NCBI GenBank assembly: GCA_963779925.1
Contig: CAVZZS010000012.1
Span: 1 to 39,134 of the forward strand
From: an uncultured Nanoarchaeota archaeon
GTDB taxonomy: Archaea > Nanobdellota > Nanobdellia > Pacearchaeales > GW2011-AR1
Direction: 5' to 3'
Length of the DNA stretch: 39,134 bases
Of this stretch, positions 6,689-16,322 are shown in pieces. Numbering within the stretch: the stretch's first letter is position 1; every line of letters starts with the position of its first letter. The notes beneath the pieces are model-generated. The model was not told the origin of the DNA, did no database searches, and saw only the letters and a list, made by a program, of their open reading frames with translations. Position numbers and translations under genes: made by a program.

Positions 6689-8953
6689 ATGAAAAGAGAG
6701 GAAGATTCTCCTGAAAAAAAAGGCGATTTTATAAAATGGTTTTCAGAAATAAATAAGGAAGATGTCCCGACAGTTGGCGGGAAAGGAGCAAATCTGGGAG
6801 AGATATTTAATTTGAAAGTTCCAGTGCCTCCGGGATTTGTAGTTACAACACACGCATATCAGTATTTCATGAAGGATTTGAATGAAAAAATAAAGAAATT
6901 GTTGTCTGAAATTAATTACGAGAATACCGATCAGCTTGAAGAGAAAACAAAAGAGATCCGTGAATTGATGATTAAGGCAAAAATGCCTGAAGACTTAAAG
7001 ATAGAAATAATAGAAGCTTATGAGAATCTGAATGTTGAAGAAAAAGATTTGGAGAAGGGAGCTTTAAAAGTTTTGGATAAAAAAGAGCCTATTTATGTTG
7101 CAGTGCGTTCAAGTGCAACAACAGAAGACCTGAAAGATGCAAGTTTTGCTGGGCAGCAAGATTCATTTGTTAATGTCAGGGGAAATGAAGATTTAATAGA
7201 GAATATAAAGAAATGTTTTGCTTCTTTGTATACTGCAAGAGCTGCTTATTATAGGCATAAAAAAGGATATATGAAGGGGGCACTTCTCGCAGCAGTAGTT
7301 CAGAAGATGATTAACTCTGAGAAGTCAGGTGTTATTTTTTCTGAAAATCCGGCATTTAAGAATGATAATATAACAATAGAAGCAGTATTCGGATTAGGGG
7401 AGGGAATCGTCTCGGGAAAGATAACTCCGGATAGCTACACATTATCAAGAAAAGATTTCAAAATTATTAATGAATTTGTTTCTGACAAAAAAATTGCGAT
7501 TATCAGAGGAGCAAAAGAAAAAGAAGAAACAATAAAGCTCCCCGAAAAAAAATCCAAATCAAGGGTATTGAATAATTTTGAAATTAATCGATTGGCAGAA
7601 CTTGCAATGAAATTGGAAAATCATTATCATAAGCCGCAGGATATTGAATTCGCAATAGAGGGTGATGGAGTTTATTTGGTTCAGACTAGGGCAATAACAA
7701 CGATGAATTTGAGAATCGAGAAAGGCGGAGAAGTAAAGGGAGAAATTTTATTGAATGGAACTGCAGCATCTCCGGGGGTAGGGGTTGGACCTGTAAAGAT
7801 TATAAGAAATTTAAAAGATTTGGACAAAATAAAAAATGGGGATATTTTAGTCACAAAAATGACAAATCCAGATATGGTTGTTTCAATGCAAAAGGCAGTA
7901 GGCATTGTAACCGATGAAGGAGGATTAACAAGCCATGCAGCAATCGTTTCCCGTGAAATGGGAATCCCGGCTGTTGTCGGAACAGAAAATGGCACGGCAA
8001 AATTGCAAGACGGGGAAATCGTAACTGTTGATGGTTCAAATGGAAAAGTCTACAAAGGAAAGGTTGCGGAGAATCAGCAAAAAGAAATCAAAAAAGTTGA
8101 AGTAAAAACGAGAACTAAACTGAAATTAATTGTTGATTTGCCAAGTTTTGCCGAGAGAGCGTCGAAAACGGGGATAAAAGAAGTCGGATTGACAAGAATG
8201 GAAGGAATAATTGCCGAGGGCGGAAAGCACCCAATGTATTTTATTGAGCATAAGGAATTCAAAGAGTACGAAGATATAATTTACAAAGGAGTTTCAAAAA
8301 TTGCAGAATATTTTGATGAATTATGGGTAAGAACTTCAGATATAAGAAGCGATGAATTCCATGATTTAAAAGGTGCCCCAAAGCAAATTGAAGTTAATCC
8401 TATGCTGGGAATGCATGGAATAAGATTTGGCTTAAAATATCCGGAGATATTAAAGGCAGAATTAAAAGCCCTGAAGAGAGTTGCTGAAAAAGGAAAGAAA
8501 ATTGGGATTTTATCGCCTCAGATTATTTCAGTGGAGGATGTAAGAGGAATAAAGAAAATATTGAAAGAAATTGATTTCAAGAATGCATATGTTGGAGTAA
8601 TGGTAGAGACTCCTGCGGCGGTCCAGATAATAAAAGATTTATGCGAAGAAAAGATTCATTTTATCTCATTCGGATCCAATGATCTAACGCAATATACTCT
8701 TGCTATTGACAGGGGAAATGAATTAGTGCAGGAATTCTATAATGAAATGGATCCGGCAGTTCTTCATCAGCTTGAGTATGTTATAAGAGTCTGCAAAAAA
8801 GAGGGCGTCCAGACAAGCATTTGCGGACAGGCGGGAAGCAAAAAAGAAATGGTAAAATTCTTAGTAGAAAAAGGAATAGACAGCATAAGCCTCAATGCAG
8901 ATGCTGCAGAAGACATTGCAGAATATATTAAAGAACTAGAATCCAAGAAATAA
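6689..8953 (+). CDS. ppsA: Phosphoenolpyruvate synthase (pyruvate, water dikinase)
   Basis: VGGKGANLGE, VAVRSSATTEDL..ASFAGQQ, phospho-His motif GGLTSHAAIVSRE, NPMLG and GSNDLTQ. Confidence 0.95.
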   Translation: MKREEDSPEKKGDFIKWFSEINKEDVPTVGGKGANLGEIFNLKVPVPPGFVVTTHAYQYFMKDLNEKIKKLLSEINYENTDQLEEKTKEIRELMIKAKMPEDLKIEIIEAYENLNVEEKDLEKGALKVLDKKEPIYVAVRSSATTEDLKDASFAGQQDSFVNVRGNEDLIENIKKCFASLYTARAAYYRHKKGYMKGALLAAVVQKMINSEKSGVIFSENPAFKNDNITIEAVFGLGEGIVSGKITPDSYTLSRKDFKIINEFVSDKKIAIIRGAKEKEETIKLPEKKSKSRVLNNFEINRLAELAMKLENHYHKPQDIEFAIEGDGVYLVQTRAITTMNLRIEKGGEVKGEILLNGTAASPGVGVGPVKIIRNLKDLDKIKNGDILVTKMTNPDMVVSMQKAVGIVTDEGGLTSHAAIVSREMGIPAVVGTENGTAKLQDGEIVTVDGSNGKVYKGKVAENQQKEIKKVEVKTRTKLKLIVDLPSFAERASKTGIKEVGLTRMEGIIAEGGKHPMYFIEHKEFKEYEDIIYKGVSKIAEYFDELWVRTSDIRSDEFHDLKGAPKQIEVNPMLGMHGIRFGLKYPEILKAELKALKRVAEKGKKIGILSPQIISVEDVRGIKKILKEIDFKNAYVGVMVETPAAVQIIKDLCEEKIHFISFGSNDLTQYTLAIDRGNELVQEFYNEMDPAVLHQLEYVIRVCKKEGVQTSICGQAGSKKEMVKFLVEKGIDSISLNADAAEDIAEYIKELESKK

Positions 8954-8982
8954 TTTATAAACAATAAAACCTTTTGAGAAAT

Positions 8983-9438
8983 ATGAAAAAAGAGGTTAAG
9001 AAAAATCTCCGAAAAAAGAAAGAAGTCGTAAATTCTGAGCCTTCTCATGAGAAAAATGAAAATTTTCAAAAAATGCTTATTGAGAATTTTGTTTCATTGC
9101 AAAGCGTGATGGCTGATTTATCTTCAAAACTCAACAATCTTGCAAACCAAATGTCAAAGCTTCTGGAACTATTTGAAGAGTCTGCAAAAACATTCATGGA
9201 AAAAGATGTCAAATTTGGGGGGGAGGCAGATAAAGATGTGGCAGATAAACTAGACAAGCTTCTCGAGCAGAATAAGATAATTGCAAGAGGCCTTGCTTTG
9301 CTTCATGAAGCAAATGCTGCCCCGCAAACTCCTGCTCCCGAAGATAATGGATTTGCACAGCAGCCGCAATTCACCCAGCCGCCAATGCCAGATCAGGGCA
9401 ATATGAATAGATATCAAAGATCAATATCCTCAAGATAA
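8983..9438 (+). CDS. Coiled-coil hypothetical protein with Pro/Gln-rich tail
   Basis: ORF with heptad-like helices. ATG 8983 is preferred over TTG 8974 because TTTATAAA lies 29 nt upstream. Ends 1 nt before the next gene. Confidence 0.7.
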   Translation: MKKEVKKNLRKKKEVVNSEPSHEKNENFQKMLIENFVSLQSVMADLSSKLNNLANQMSKLLELFEESAKTFMEKDVKFGGEADKDVADKLDKLLEQNKIIARGLALLHEANAAPQTPAPEDNGFAQQPQFTQPPMPDQGNMNRYQRSISSR

Positions 9439-9439
9439 T

Positions 9440-10195
9440 ATGCAAAAGTTAAAAGGGTCTCTTGATAAAAAACAAATTTTTCTTTTACTTTTTTCAAGAG
9501 AATTAATAAGAAATTCTGAAGAAGGACTATTTCAGCTAAAAAGGATTATAGAACAGCAAGGCAAGTCCACCGAAATAGAAGTGCCCGCAGAAAAAAAAGA
9601 GACAGAAGAAGAGGAGTTTCCATTGGTAAAGTCTATTCTTTCAGAGGCACCAAGACCGGAGGATGAATTGTCAGTTGTTAAACCAGTTCATATTATACCG
9701 GCAAGGCAGGAAATATCCGGAGGAATCCAAAAATCTGGATATCCTGTTTTGAGGATTCCTGAACCAAAACTCCCTGCGGAATTTCAATATCTTAAACCGA
9801 TTCCCAGCCGTAGAGAGATAGATCTAAGCAAATTAAACGCTCTTGTTAATGATAGTCAGGTAAGAGAGATAGAATGCGAAGCTCCGAACAAGCCGGTAAT
9901 TGTTTACGGGACCATGGGAAAAATGCCTACAGAAATAATTCTTTCAAATAATGAGATAGAAGACATTATAGAAAGATTTTCAAGAGCAGCAAAAATCCCG
10001 ATTGATATTGGAGTGTACAAGGTAGTAGTTGGAAATTTAATTTTTTCGGCTATAGTATCTGATGTGGTTCCATCGAGATTCTTAATAACAAAAATGGCGC
10101 CATCAAATCAGACCATAATTAAAAGTATAAATCCAAATTTACCGCCAACAAAACCCAAGCAGTCAATAGATTATTCTAACTATATAAGAAAATAA
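9440..10195 (+). CDS. Protein carrying the N-terminal domain of FlaI/TadA/VirB11 secretion ATPases but no ATPase domain
   Basis: DLSKLNALVNDSQVREIECEAPNKPVIV...TEIILSNNEIEDIIERFSRAAKIPI resembles the 'LGPLEPLLxDxxIEEI..NGP..PVYV...L..LIERIA' region. No Walker A motif. Confidence 0.6.
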   Translation: MQKLKGSLDKKQIFLLLFSRELIRNSEEGLFQLKRIIEQQGKSTEIEVPAEKKETEEEEFPLVKSILSEAPRPEDELSVVKPVHIIPARQEISGGIQKSGYPVLRIPEPKLPAEFQYLKPIPSRREIDLSKLNALVNDSQVREIECEAPNKPVIVYGTMGKMPTEIILSNNEIEDIIERFSRAAKIPIDIGVYKVVVGNLIFSAIVSDVVPSRFLITKMAPSNQTIIKSINPNLPPTKPKQSIDYSNYIRK

Positions 10196-10197
10196 AT

Positions 10198-10524
10198 TTA
10201 TCTAGAAACATTAATACTCGATTGATATTGGCTACATAACTGGGGAAGATTAGATAGTATATAACCAGTAGAGTATAACACTACAGTTTGATTTGTTCCA
10301 GGAATAGAAAGAGGCAAATATCCTGTCTGGTTTACTTGAGTAAGGATTGCATATAAAATTCTAACATCTTCCTGACTTGCTCCTTGAGTCTGCAACTTTA
10401 CAGCATAACCGCTATAGGAAGGTTTTACAACAAATATGTAGAGAAGCACCCCAGCCAAGACTATGACTGCAGCGATAATTAAAAAGACCATCCTCAATTT
10501 TTTCTTACTTGCTCCTTCTTTCAT
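10198..10524 (-). CDS. Single-pass membrane protein
   Basis: Basic N-terminus, TM helix, short Asn/Thr-rich ectodomain. Confidence 0.7.
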   Translation of the reverse strand: MKEGASKKKLRMVFLIIAAVIVLAGVLLYIFVVKPSYSGYAVKLQTQGASQEDVRILYAILTQVNQTGYLPLSIPGTNQTVVLYSTGYILSNLPQLCSQYQSSINVSR

Positions 10525-10590
10525 CTGTAGAATAAATTTATAACCTATTTAAATATTTCTTTACTGCAAAAGATTGCTCACTTTTATATA

Positions 10591-10872
10591 ATGGAAGATA
10601 AGATAACGTCTGAAAAACTTGAGAAATATTTTAGTTTAACAACAAAGGCACTTGATCAAGTCAAAAAAAATATTGCCAAAAGAAAGAATAAAGAAGCGAA
10701 AGAAATAATTGATATGGCTTCAAATTATCTCTCTGATGCTCAGTATTTTAAAGAAAAAGAGGATTTTGTGAATTCATTTGCGTCTTTAAATTATGCTCAT
10801 GGATGGATAGATTCAGGAGTAAGATTGGGAGTTTTTGATGTGCATGATAACAAATTATTCACCGTGAAATAA
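10591..10872 (+). CDS. DUF357 family protein
   Basis: MASNYLSDAQYF...DFVNSFASLNYAHGWIDSG motif. Confidence 0.85.
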   Translation: MEDKITSEKLEKYFSLTTKALDQVKKNIAKRKNKEAKEIIDMASNYLSDAQYFKEKEDFVNSFASLNYAHGWIDSGVRLGVFDVHDNKLFTVK

Positions 10873-10910
10873 TTGATTAAATATAAAAATCCATTCTTCT
10901 TCATCTTAAA

Positions 10911-11597
10911 ATGAAAGAGGTCAAGGTGATTAGTCTTGGTGGAAGCCTTATTGTACCTGAAAAAATTGATATAAAATTTCTTAGAGAATTCAAAAAAGTT
11001 ATAAACAAAAATAAATCAAAATACAAATTCATAATTGTTTGCGGAGGGGGGACAGTTGCCAGAAAATATATCTCCGCTTTGAAGGATTTGGGATTAAACG
11101 AAAAGTTTCAGGACTTTTCAGGAATATCTGTTACAAGGATGAATGCTAGATTTATGAGTTATATCTTCGGATTCAACCCCGAAAGGGGGATACCCCATAA
11201 ACTAAAAGAAGTTGAAAACATAATTAAGAAGCAGGATTTGGTCTTTTGTGGAGCTCTAGAATACAAACCCCGTGAGACTTCTGATTCGACAGCAGTTGAA
11301 ATTGCAAGACATTTTCATACAGATTTCATTAATCTGACAAATGTTTCTGGGTTGCATGATAAGAATCCTCAGAAATTCAAAAATGCGAAATTCATCCCCA
11401 AAATATCATGGAAAGGGCTGTATGATATGGCAAATCAAAAAGAATTCAGGCCCGGTCAGCATTTTGTAATAGATCAAACAGCTTCAAAAATAATGATGGA
11501 AAGCAAAATAACAACTTACATTCTTGGAGAGAATTTGAATCAGCTAGATAACCTTCTCAATAAAAAGAGATTTACAGGAACAATTGTTGAGGGATAA
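10911..11597 (+). CDS. pyrH: Archaeal uridylate kinase
   Basis: VISLGGS, IVCGGGTVARKYI, TSD, NLTNVSG..DKNP, PGQHFVID, GTIV. Confidence 0.92.
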   Translation: MKEVKVISLGGSLIVPEKIDIKFLREFKKVINKNKSKYKFIIVCGGGTVARKYISALKDLGLNEKFQDFSGISVTRMNARFMSYIFGFNPERGIPHKLKEVENIIKKQDLVFCGALEYKPRETSDSTAVEIARHFHTDFINLTNVSGLHDKNPQKFKNAKFIPKISWKGLYDMANQKEFRPGQHFVIDQTASKIMMESKITTYILGENLNQLDNLLNKKRFTGTIVEG

Positions 11598-12089
11598 TTA
11601 TCCAAAATATTTACTGTTAGATTTTTCTTCATTGCTATTATCTTTATTGCTTTTCAATTTCCCAAGAATAGGAATTAATTCACTCTTGATTTCTTGCCAG
11701 GAGTTATAAACCTGTTTAATGAATTCTGCATCCCTTTTCTCTGAAGATTCTATATCGAGTTTTATTAATTCCAAGTCTATATCTGAAAGTTTTCCATAGA
11801 CCTCCGTAAGCTTTTTTTTATCTTCTTGATTCATGGATTTTATAACAGAAAAAATGAACATCGGTGCATTAACCGGATTCAAGAGAGTTTCTATAAATCG
11901 GATGTAATTATAAATTTTGTCTGCAATAAATCTTCTTATTTCTCTGGTCAAAATTTCAGTTCTGGAATCAGCAATTTTTTCTATTGAAAATTCCTGATTT
12001 AGTAGTTCAAAGCTTGGAATTCCATATTTTTCCTGCAATTTTTTATATTGCGCTTTTACTTCATCCAAATCGTATTCTTTTTTAACCAT
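11598..12089 (-). CDS. Helical hypothetical protein
   Basis: 163-aa ORF with host-like K/E-rich composition, abutting pyrH convergently. Confidence 0.7.
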   Translation of the reverse strand: MVKKEYDLDEVKAQYKKLQEKYGIPSFELLNQEFSIEKIADSRTEILTREIRRFIADKIYNYIRFIETLLNPVNAPMFIFSVIKSMNQEDKKKLTEVYGKLSDIDLELIKLDIESSEKRDAEFIKQVYNSWQEIKSELIPILGKLKSNKDNSNEEKSNSKYFG

Positions 12090-12136
12090 CCAAAATTTTG
12101 TTAATGTGGCTTTATATTATTTTCCAATAACATTCT

Positions 12137-13051
12137 TTAATAAAGGCAATTGAATCTGTCAGAAAGCATGCGATAAACAACACCTGAATTATCCGTCTGC
12201 GATAGTATCTGTCCAAAGAAATTATCTGCCTCTGATAAATTTTGAAAGTTAATAGGATGCAGCGATATGTCTATTCTTTTTTGCCCCATGCTTATTGCCC
12301 GGTCTAACTGTGAAGTATAGTTTAGCACATCTCCGATTGTAAAATAATTATGCTGGGGGATGTCTATGTAATTCTGCGAGCTGACAATTCCATCAAAGTT
12401 TATTTCTGAAAAACTTTTTGGGACAGTAATCTTCTGCTGTATTAGCTTATATCCATATTTGCTAGCTAATAACGTTGTGTTAAAATCTCCAGTATGGTAT
12501 GGGACCGTGAATATTTCCAGGGCAGTTGTCAGGTTATAATCATTAAATATCTCCCTCATCCTCTTAATATGGTATTCCTGAAGTGCATAAGGAACAGATT
12601 GATTGACCGGAAGGACATAAAATTCCCCGTAAGCCCCTTGAGAGGTATGGTCTATAATTGATTGATCCAATAAATGAGTAAAGCCATGAGCGATTACTTC
12701 AAAATCATCTTTATTATTTTGATAAAGGTCGAAAGTGCCATTGTCTTTATTTTCATCAAAAGGCAAAGCTATAACCCCCAAATCAAAAGTAATATTGTAT
12801 TTGTCTGCCAAATATAACGCATTTACCAAAGCAGATGTTTGGTCCTGGCCAAAAGTTATATCATCGATTTCAAATGAAATAACGGTATTATCATTCAATA
12901 AGCATGAAATGTTAGAAGTATAAGCTGTTGTTGGTTGCAATTTTTGTGAATTTTGGTTTAGATTGATTAGTAAATAAGAAGCGATTATAATAATAGCCAA
13001 AAAGAGGGATAATGCAAAGATAAAGAAAAAATTCAATTTATTAATTTTCAT
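12137..13051 (-). CDS. Membrane-anchored polysaccharide deacetylase-like protein (CE4/DUF2334-type)
   Basis: N-terminal TM; ISFEIDD, FEVIAHGFTH, FTVPYH and ISLHP motifs of the NodB fold. Confidence 0.78.
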   Translation of the reverse strand: MKINKLNFFFIFALSLFLAIIIIASYLLINLNQNSQKLQPTTAYTSNISCLLNDNTVISFEIDDITFGQDQTSALVNALYLADKYNITFDLGVIALPFDENKDNGTFDLYQNNKDDFEVIAHGFTHLLDQSIIDHTSQGAYGEFYVLPVNQSVPYALQEYHIKRMREIFNDYNLTTALEIFTVPYHTGDFNTTLLASKYGYKLIQQKITVPKSFSEINFDGIVSSQNYIDIPQHNYFTIGDVLNYTSQLDRAISMGQKRIDISLHPINFQNLSEADNFFGQILSQTDNSGVVYRMLSDRFNCLY

Positions 13052-13068
13052 CTTTTTTATAAGTGCAT

Positions 13069-13743
13069 TTATTGAAATACGGGGGGATTTTGTTTTACAA
13101 TTGCATTTACAATAACATCCGCATATGTCCCCATGTCAGTATAAGCATCATGAAGTTTTATAAAATAGTTTACATAATCGCCATTGTGCCAATAGTCGAT
13201 TGTTAATTTTTCATCATTAATTATATTTGTCACCATTTTTTTTATCAACTGTTCATCTAGATTTTCTACACCGAAACTTGAATTAGACCAGAAATTCGAA
13301 ATTGCTTCTTCATATATTGCTATATTAGTCGCAAAGACAGAACCTGCATTTGGATCATTGTTTTTAAGTCCGATAGTATAATTGATGAAATCGTCTATCT
13401 TAGTATCCTGCAGAATGAGATATTCATTTGCATAATCTGTTCCATAAATATTTGCAAACTGGGCTGCAGTCTCCTTAAGGTTTATCTCAAGCGCATCAGA
13501 AGAAGCATTAAATGAAGCAGATGAATTCAATGAACGAGTAGAAGTCATGATAAGCAGGAAAGTATGTTCTTGCATTAAATCATGAAATTTAGTATCAAAA
13601 GTATTTGCTTTGCTGTAAATATTCAAATTAGTCTGTGTCGCTAGGGACTGCAGATGATTGGAAATTATGACAAAATAAGCAAGAAAAGCCAAGCTGATGA
13701 TTAAGGCTATCAAAGAGATTATTATCATCTTTTTTTCTTTCAT
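13069..13743 (-). CDS. Membrane-anchored helical-bundle protein
   Basis: N-terminal TM. LMQEH...NIYG...AIVKQNPPVF recalls a bacterial secreted domain that ends AIVKQFPxKF. Confidence 0.65.
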   Translation of the reverse strand: MKEKKMIIISLIALIISLAFLAYFVIISNHLQSLATQTNLNIYSKANTFDTKFHDLMQEHTFLLIMTSTRSLNSSASFNASSDALEINLKETAAQFANIYGTDYANEYLILQDTKIDDFINYTIGLKNNDPNAGSVFATNIAIYEEAISNFWSNSSFGVENLDEQLIKKMVTNIINDEKLTIDYWHNGDYVNYFIKLHDAYTDMGTYADVIVNAIVKQNPPVFQ

Positions 13744-13783
13744 CTTTCTAGAAGGACATATTCATTTATAAAAATTATCTTTA

Positions 13784-13857
13784 AGCCTCAGCTGAGAATC
13801 GAACTCAGGACCTCGACATTACCAATGTCGCGCTCTAACCGTCTGAGCTACTGAGGC
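13784..13857 (-). tRNA. tRNA-Thr(GGT)
   Basis: Acceptor GCCTCAG/CTGAGGC, anticodon arm CGACA-TTGGTAA-TGTCG, T-arm CTGAG-TTCGATT-CTCAG. Confidence 0.95.
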
Positions 13858-13916
13858 ACAAACTGTTAAAGCTATTCTAGAAAAAGCAGATTAAAAAGTT
13901 TCGTATTATTTTCAGA

Positions 13917-14204
13917 TTACTTCTTCTGAAATAATTTCAAGAATAAAAATACTACAAGTGTTATCAAGAAAGCGGTGCTAATGACCCCAAATCCGATCAT
14001 AAAGACAAAGAATAAACTTTGGTATACTCCTTGCATAAACTGGTACAATACGAGAGAAACAAGGAAAAGTACCACAAAGACAATTAAGTTTGTAAAGACT
14101 ATCTTCAAACTGGATGCAGTTCGTTTTGCACTTGAAACATTTCTTCTAGCCTTTGAAGGCTTTGATTTTCTAGAAGATGTTTTTCTTCCCCTCTTTTTAG
14201 CCAT
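13917..14204 (-). CDS. Small 2-TM membrane protein with highly basic N-terminal tail
   Basis: MAKKRGRKTSSRKSKPSKARR followed by two hydrophobic helices. Confidence 0.75.
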   Translation of the reverse strand: MAKKRGRKTSSRKSKPSKARRNVSSAKRTASSLKIVFTNLIVFVVLFLVSLVLYQFMQGVYQSLFFVFMIGFGVISTAFLITLVVFLFLKLFQKK

Positions 14205-14271
14205 TATTTAATTCAAGAAGAAATAGTATTTAAATCTTGCGAATTAAAAGAGATAAATTTGCAGATTTGAA

Positions 14272-14475
14272 TCAGCTAGTGGGAGTCCAGTTTAATTTTA
14301 CAACTTGTCCAGTAACGGTAAGAAGGTTATTGTAAAGAGTGTTTACCCAACCAGAACCAAGCTGAAAAAATTTTTGAACGTTATCAGGTTTATACATTGC
14401 AAGATTATTATTGCTGATTATCAGGAGAGCCCCGAAAAGAAAAATTATTATGATAAATAAAAAGCCCCTTCCCAT
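14272..14475 (-). CDS. Small membrane protein, apparent paralog of 14477-14803
   Basis: TM helix then WVNTLYNNLLTVTGQVVKLNW; starts 1 nt after the upstream stop. Confidence 0.7.
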   Translation of the reverse strand: MGRGFLFIIIIFLFGALLIISNNNLAMYKPDNVQKFFQLGSGWVNTLYNNLLTVTGQVVKLNWTPTS

Positions 14476-14476
14476 T

Positions 14477-14803
14477 CTATCCTGATGAATTAGTTGAATT
14501 TAGAACTGTCGTGTTATTTGCGCCCCAATTCATTTTGATTGCATTTGTAGTAAGCGACTTGAAATTCAAAAAAACGGATCCAAGCCAGTCTGCATAAACG
14601 CCACCGGCTTGTTTCATGCCATCAATTGAAGAAAGATCGAGTGGCTTGTTATGGAATACGAATGTAAAACTAAAATAAGTGAAAAGCAGCAATGCAATTA
14701 AGAATACTGCAAGAATTCTGTGCCTGAACCTCTTTAATTCAAGGAATACCCAGATTGCAACGATAAGGACACCAATTCCAATCAAGGTTATAGTTAAATC
14801 CAT
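14477..14803 (-). CDS. Small 2-TM membrane protein
   Basis: Two TM helices then WLGSVFLNFKSLTTNAIKMNW. Confidence 0.75.
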   Translation of the reverse strand: MDLTITLIGIGVLIVAIWVFLELKRFRHRILAVFLIALLLFTYFSFTFVFHNKPLDLSSIDGMKQAGGVYADWLGSVFLNFKSLTTNAIKMNWGANNTTVLNSTNSSG

Positions 14804-14878
14804 GAGTAATATAATCGTCTATGCTATAAAAATATTTCTCTTAGTTAAATTTTTATACAATCTTGATTAAGGTTATCT

Positions 14879-16321
14879 ATGGAAAAATTTTATGTTACAA
14901 CACCTATTTATTATCCGAATGATATTCCCCATATAGGACATGCATATACGACCATAGCTGCTGATATCGTGGCTAGATGGAACAAGCTCCTAGGGAAGAA
15001 GGTTTTTTTTCTTACCGGAACAGATGAGCATGGAAAAAAAATAGAAGCAATTGCAAAAGAGAAAAGAAAAAGTCCAAAAGAATTCGTTGATGAATTAGTT
15101 CCAAAATTTAAAGATGCCTGGAAAAAGCTAAATATTGATTATGACTTTTTTATCAGAACAACAGATCCCGAACATGAAAAGATTGTGAAAGAAATTCTTC
15201 AGAAAGTTTATGATAAAAGGGATATTTATTTGGGTGAATATGAAGGGCTTTATTGTACAGCATGTGAAGCATATTATACAGAAAAAGATCTGGTGAATGG
15301 ATGCTGCCCAATTCACAAAAAGCCGGTTGAAAAATTAAAAGAACCAAGTTATTTCTTCGGACTAAGCAAGTATAAAGATAAGCTTTTGGAATTATATAAA
15401 AAGAATCCTGAATTTATTTCTCCAGAGTTCAGAAGAAAGGAGATTATCAATAGAGTTAAAGAAGGGCTGCAGGATTTGAGCATTTCAAGAACTAGTTTTG
15501 ATTGGGGAATAAAATTGCCATTCAACAAGCAGCATATAACCTATGTCTGGTTTGACGCTTTGATAAATTATTATTCCGCGACGAGGCAAAAAGGAAAAGC
15601 TGGTTTTTGGCCAGCTGATTTGCATCTTATTGGAAAAGATATAATCTGGTTCCATACAGTTTATTGGCCCGCTATGTTGATGTCCGCGGGAATTAAACTG
15701 CCGAAAAAGATTTTCGCGCATGGATGGTGGACTCTCAACAAAGAAAAAATATCAAAATCGAGAGGCAAAGTTATTAGCGTTGATGAATTAATTGGAATTG
15801 CAGGTGTAGATTCCGCAAGATATTTCTTGTTCAGAAATACCGCATTTGGTGAAGATGGTGATTTTTCCAAAGAAGATCTGATTTCGAGGCATAACAATGA
15901 GCTTGCAGATAAATTGGGAAATCTCACAAGAAGGGTCGCTGGATTAGCCGAGAAATATGGAATTTCCAAAACAAAAAATTCGTTGCTTAAGGATTTGAAA
16001 TTGAAAGAAATCAAAGGCAAAATGGAAAATCTGGAATTGGATAAAGCATTGAATCTGATTTTTGAATTTGTGGATAAATGCAATGAATATATCCAGCAAA
16101 AAAAACCATGGGAAACCTTCAGCACAACGATTTTGTACGAAGTGGCAGATTCAATAAAAGCGATTGCAATTCTTCTATGGCCATTCATTCCTGAGACTTC
16201 GGAAAAGATAGCTAAACAATTCGGATTTAAAATCAAAAAAGGGAGCATTAGTGAAATCAAAAAGCCATTAAAAATTGGAAAAATTCAAAAAGGAGAAATA
16301 CTATTCAAAAAGATAGAGTAA
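14879..16321 (+). CDS. metG: Methionine-tRNA ligase, bacterial MetRS1-type core
   Basis: FYVTTPIYYPNDIPHIGHAYTT, LTGTDEHG, single Zn knuckle CTACE..CPIH, YVWFDALINY, GKDI, KISKS. Confidence 0.95.
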   Translation: MEKFYVTTPIYYPNDIPHIGHAYTTIAADIVARWNKLLGKKVFFLTGTDEHGKKIEAIAKEKRKSPKEFVDELVPKFKDAWKKLNIDYDFFIRTTDPEHEKIVKEILQKVYDKRDIYLGEYEGLYCTACEAYYTEKDLVNGCCPIHKKPVEKLKEPSYFFGLSKYKDKLLELYKKNPEFISPEFRRKEIINRVKEGLQDLSISRTSFDWGIKLPFNKQHITYVWFDALINYYSATRQKGKAGFWPADLHLIGKDIIWFHTVYWPAMLMSAGIKLPKKIFAHGWWTLNKEKISKSRGKVISVDELIGIAGVDSARYFLFRNTAFGEDGDFSKEDLISRHNNELADKLGNLTRRVAGLAEKYGISKTKNSLLKDLKLKEIKGKMENLELDKALNLIFEFVDKCNEYIQQKKPWETFSTTILYEVADSIKAIAILLWPFIPETSEKIAKQFGFKIKKGSISEIKKPLKIGKIQKGEILFKKIE

Positions 16322-16322
16322 A

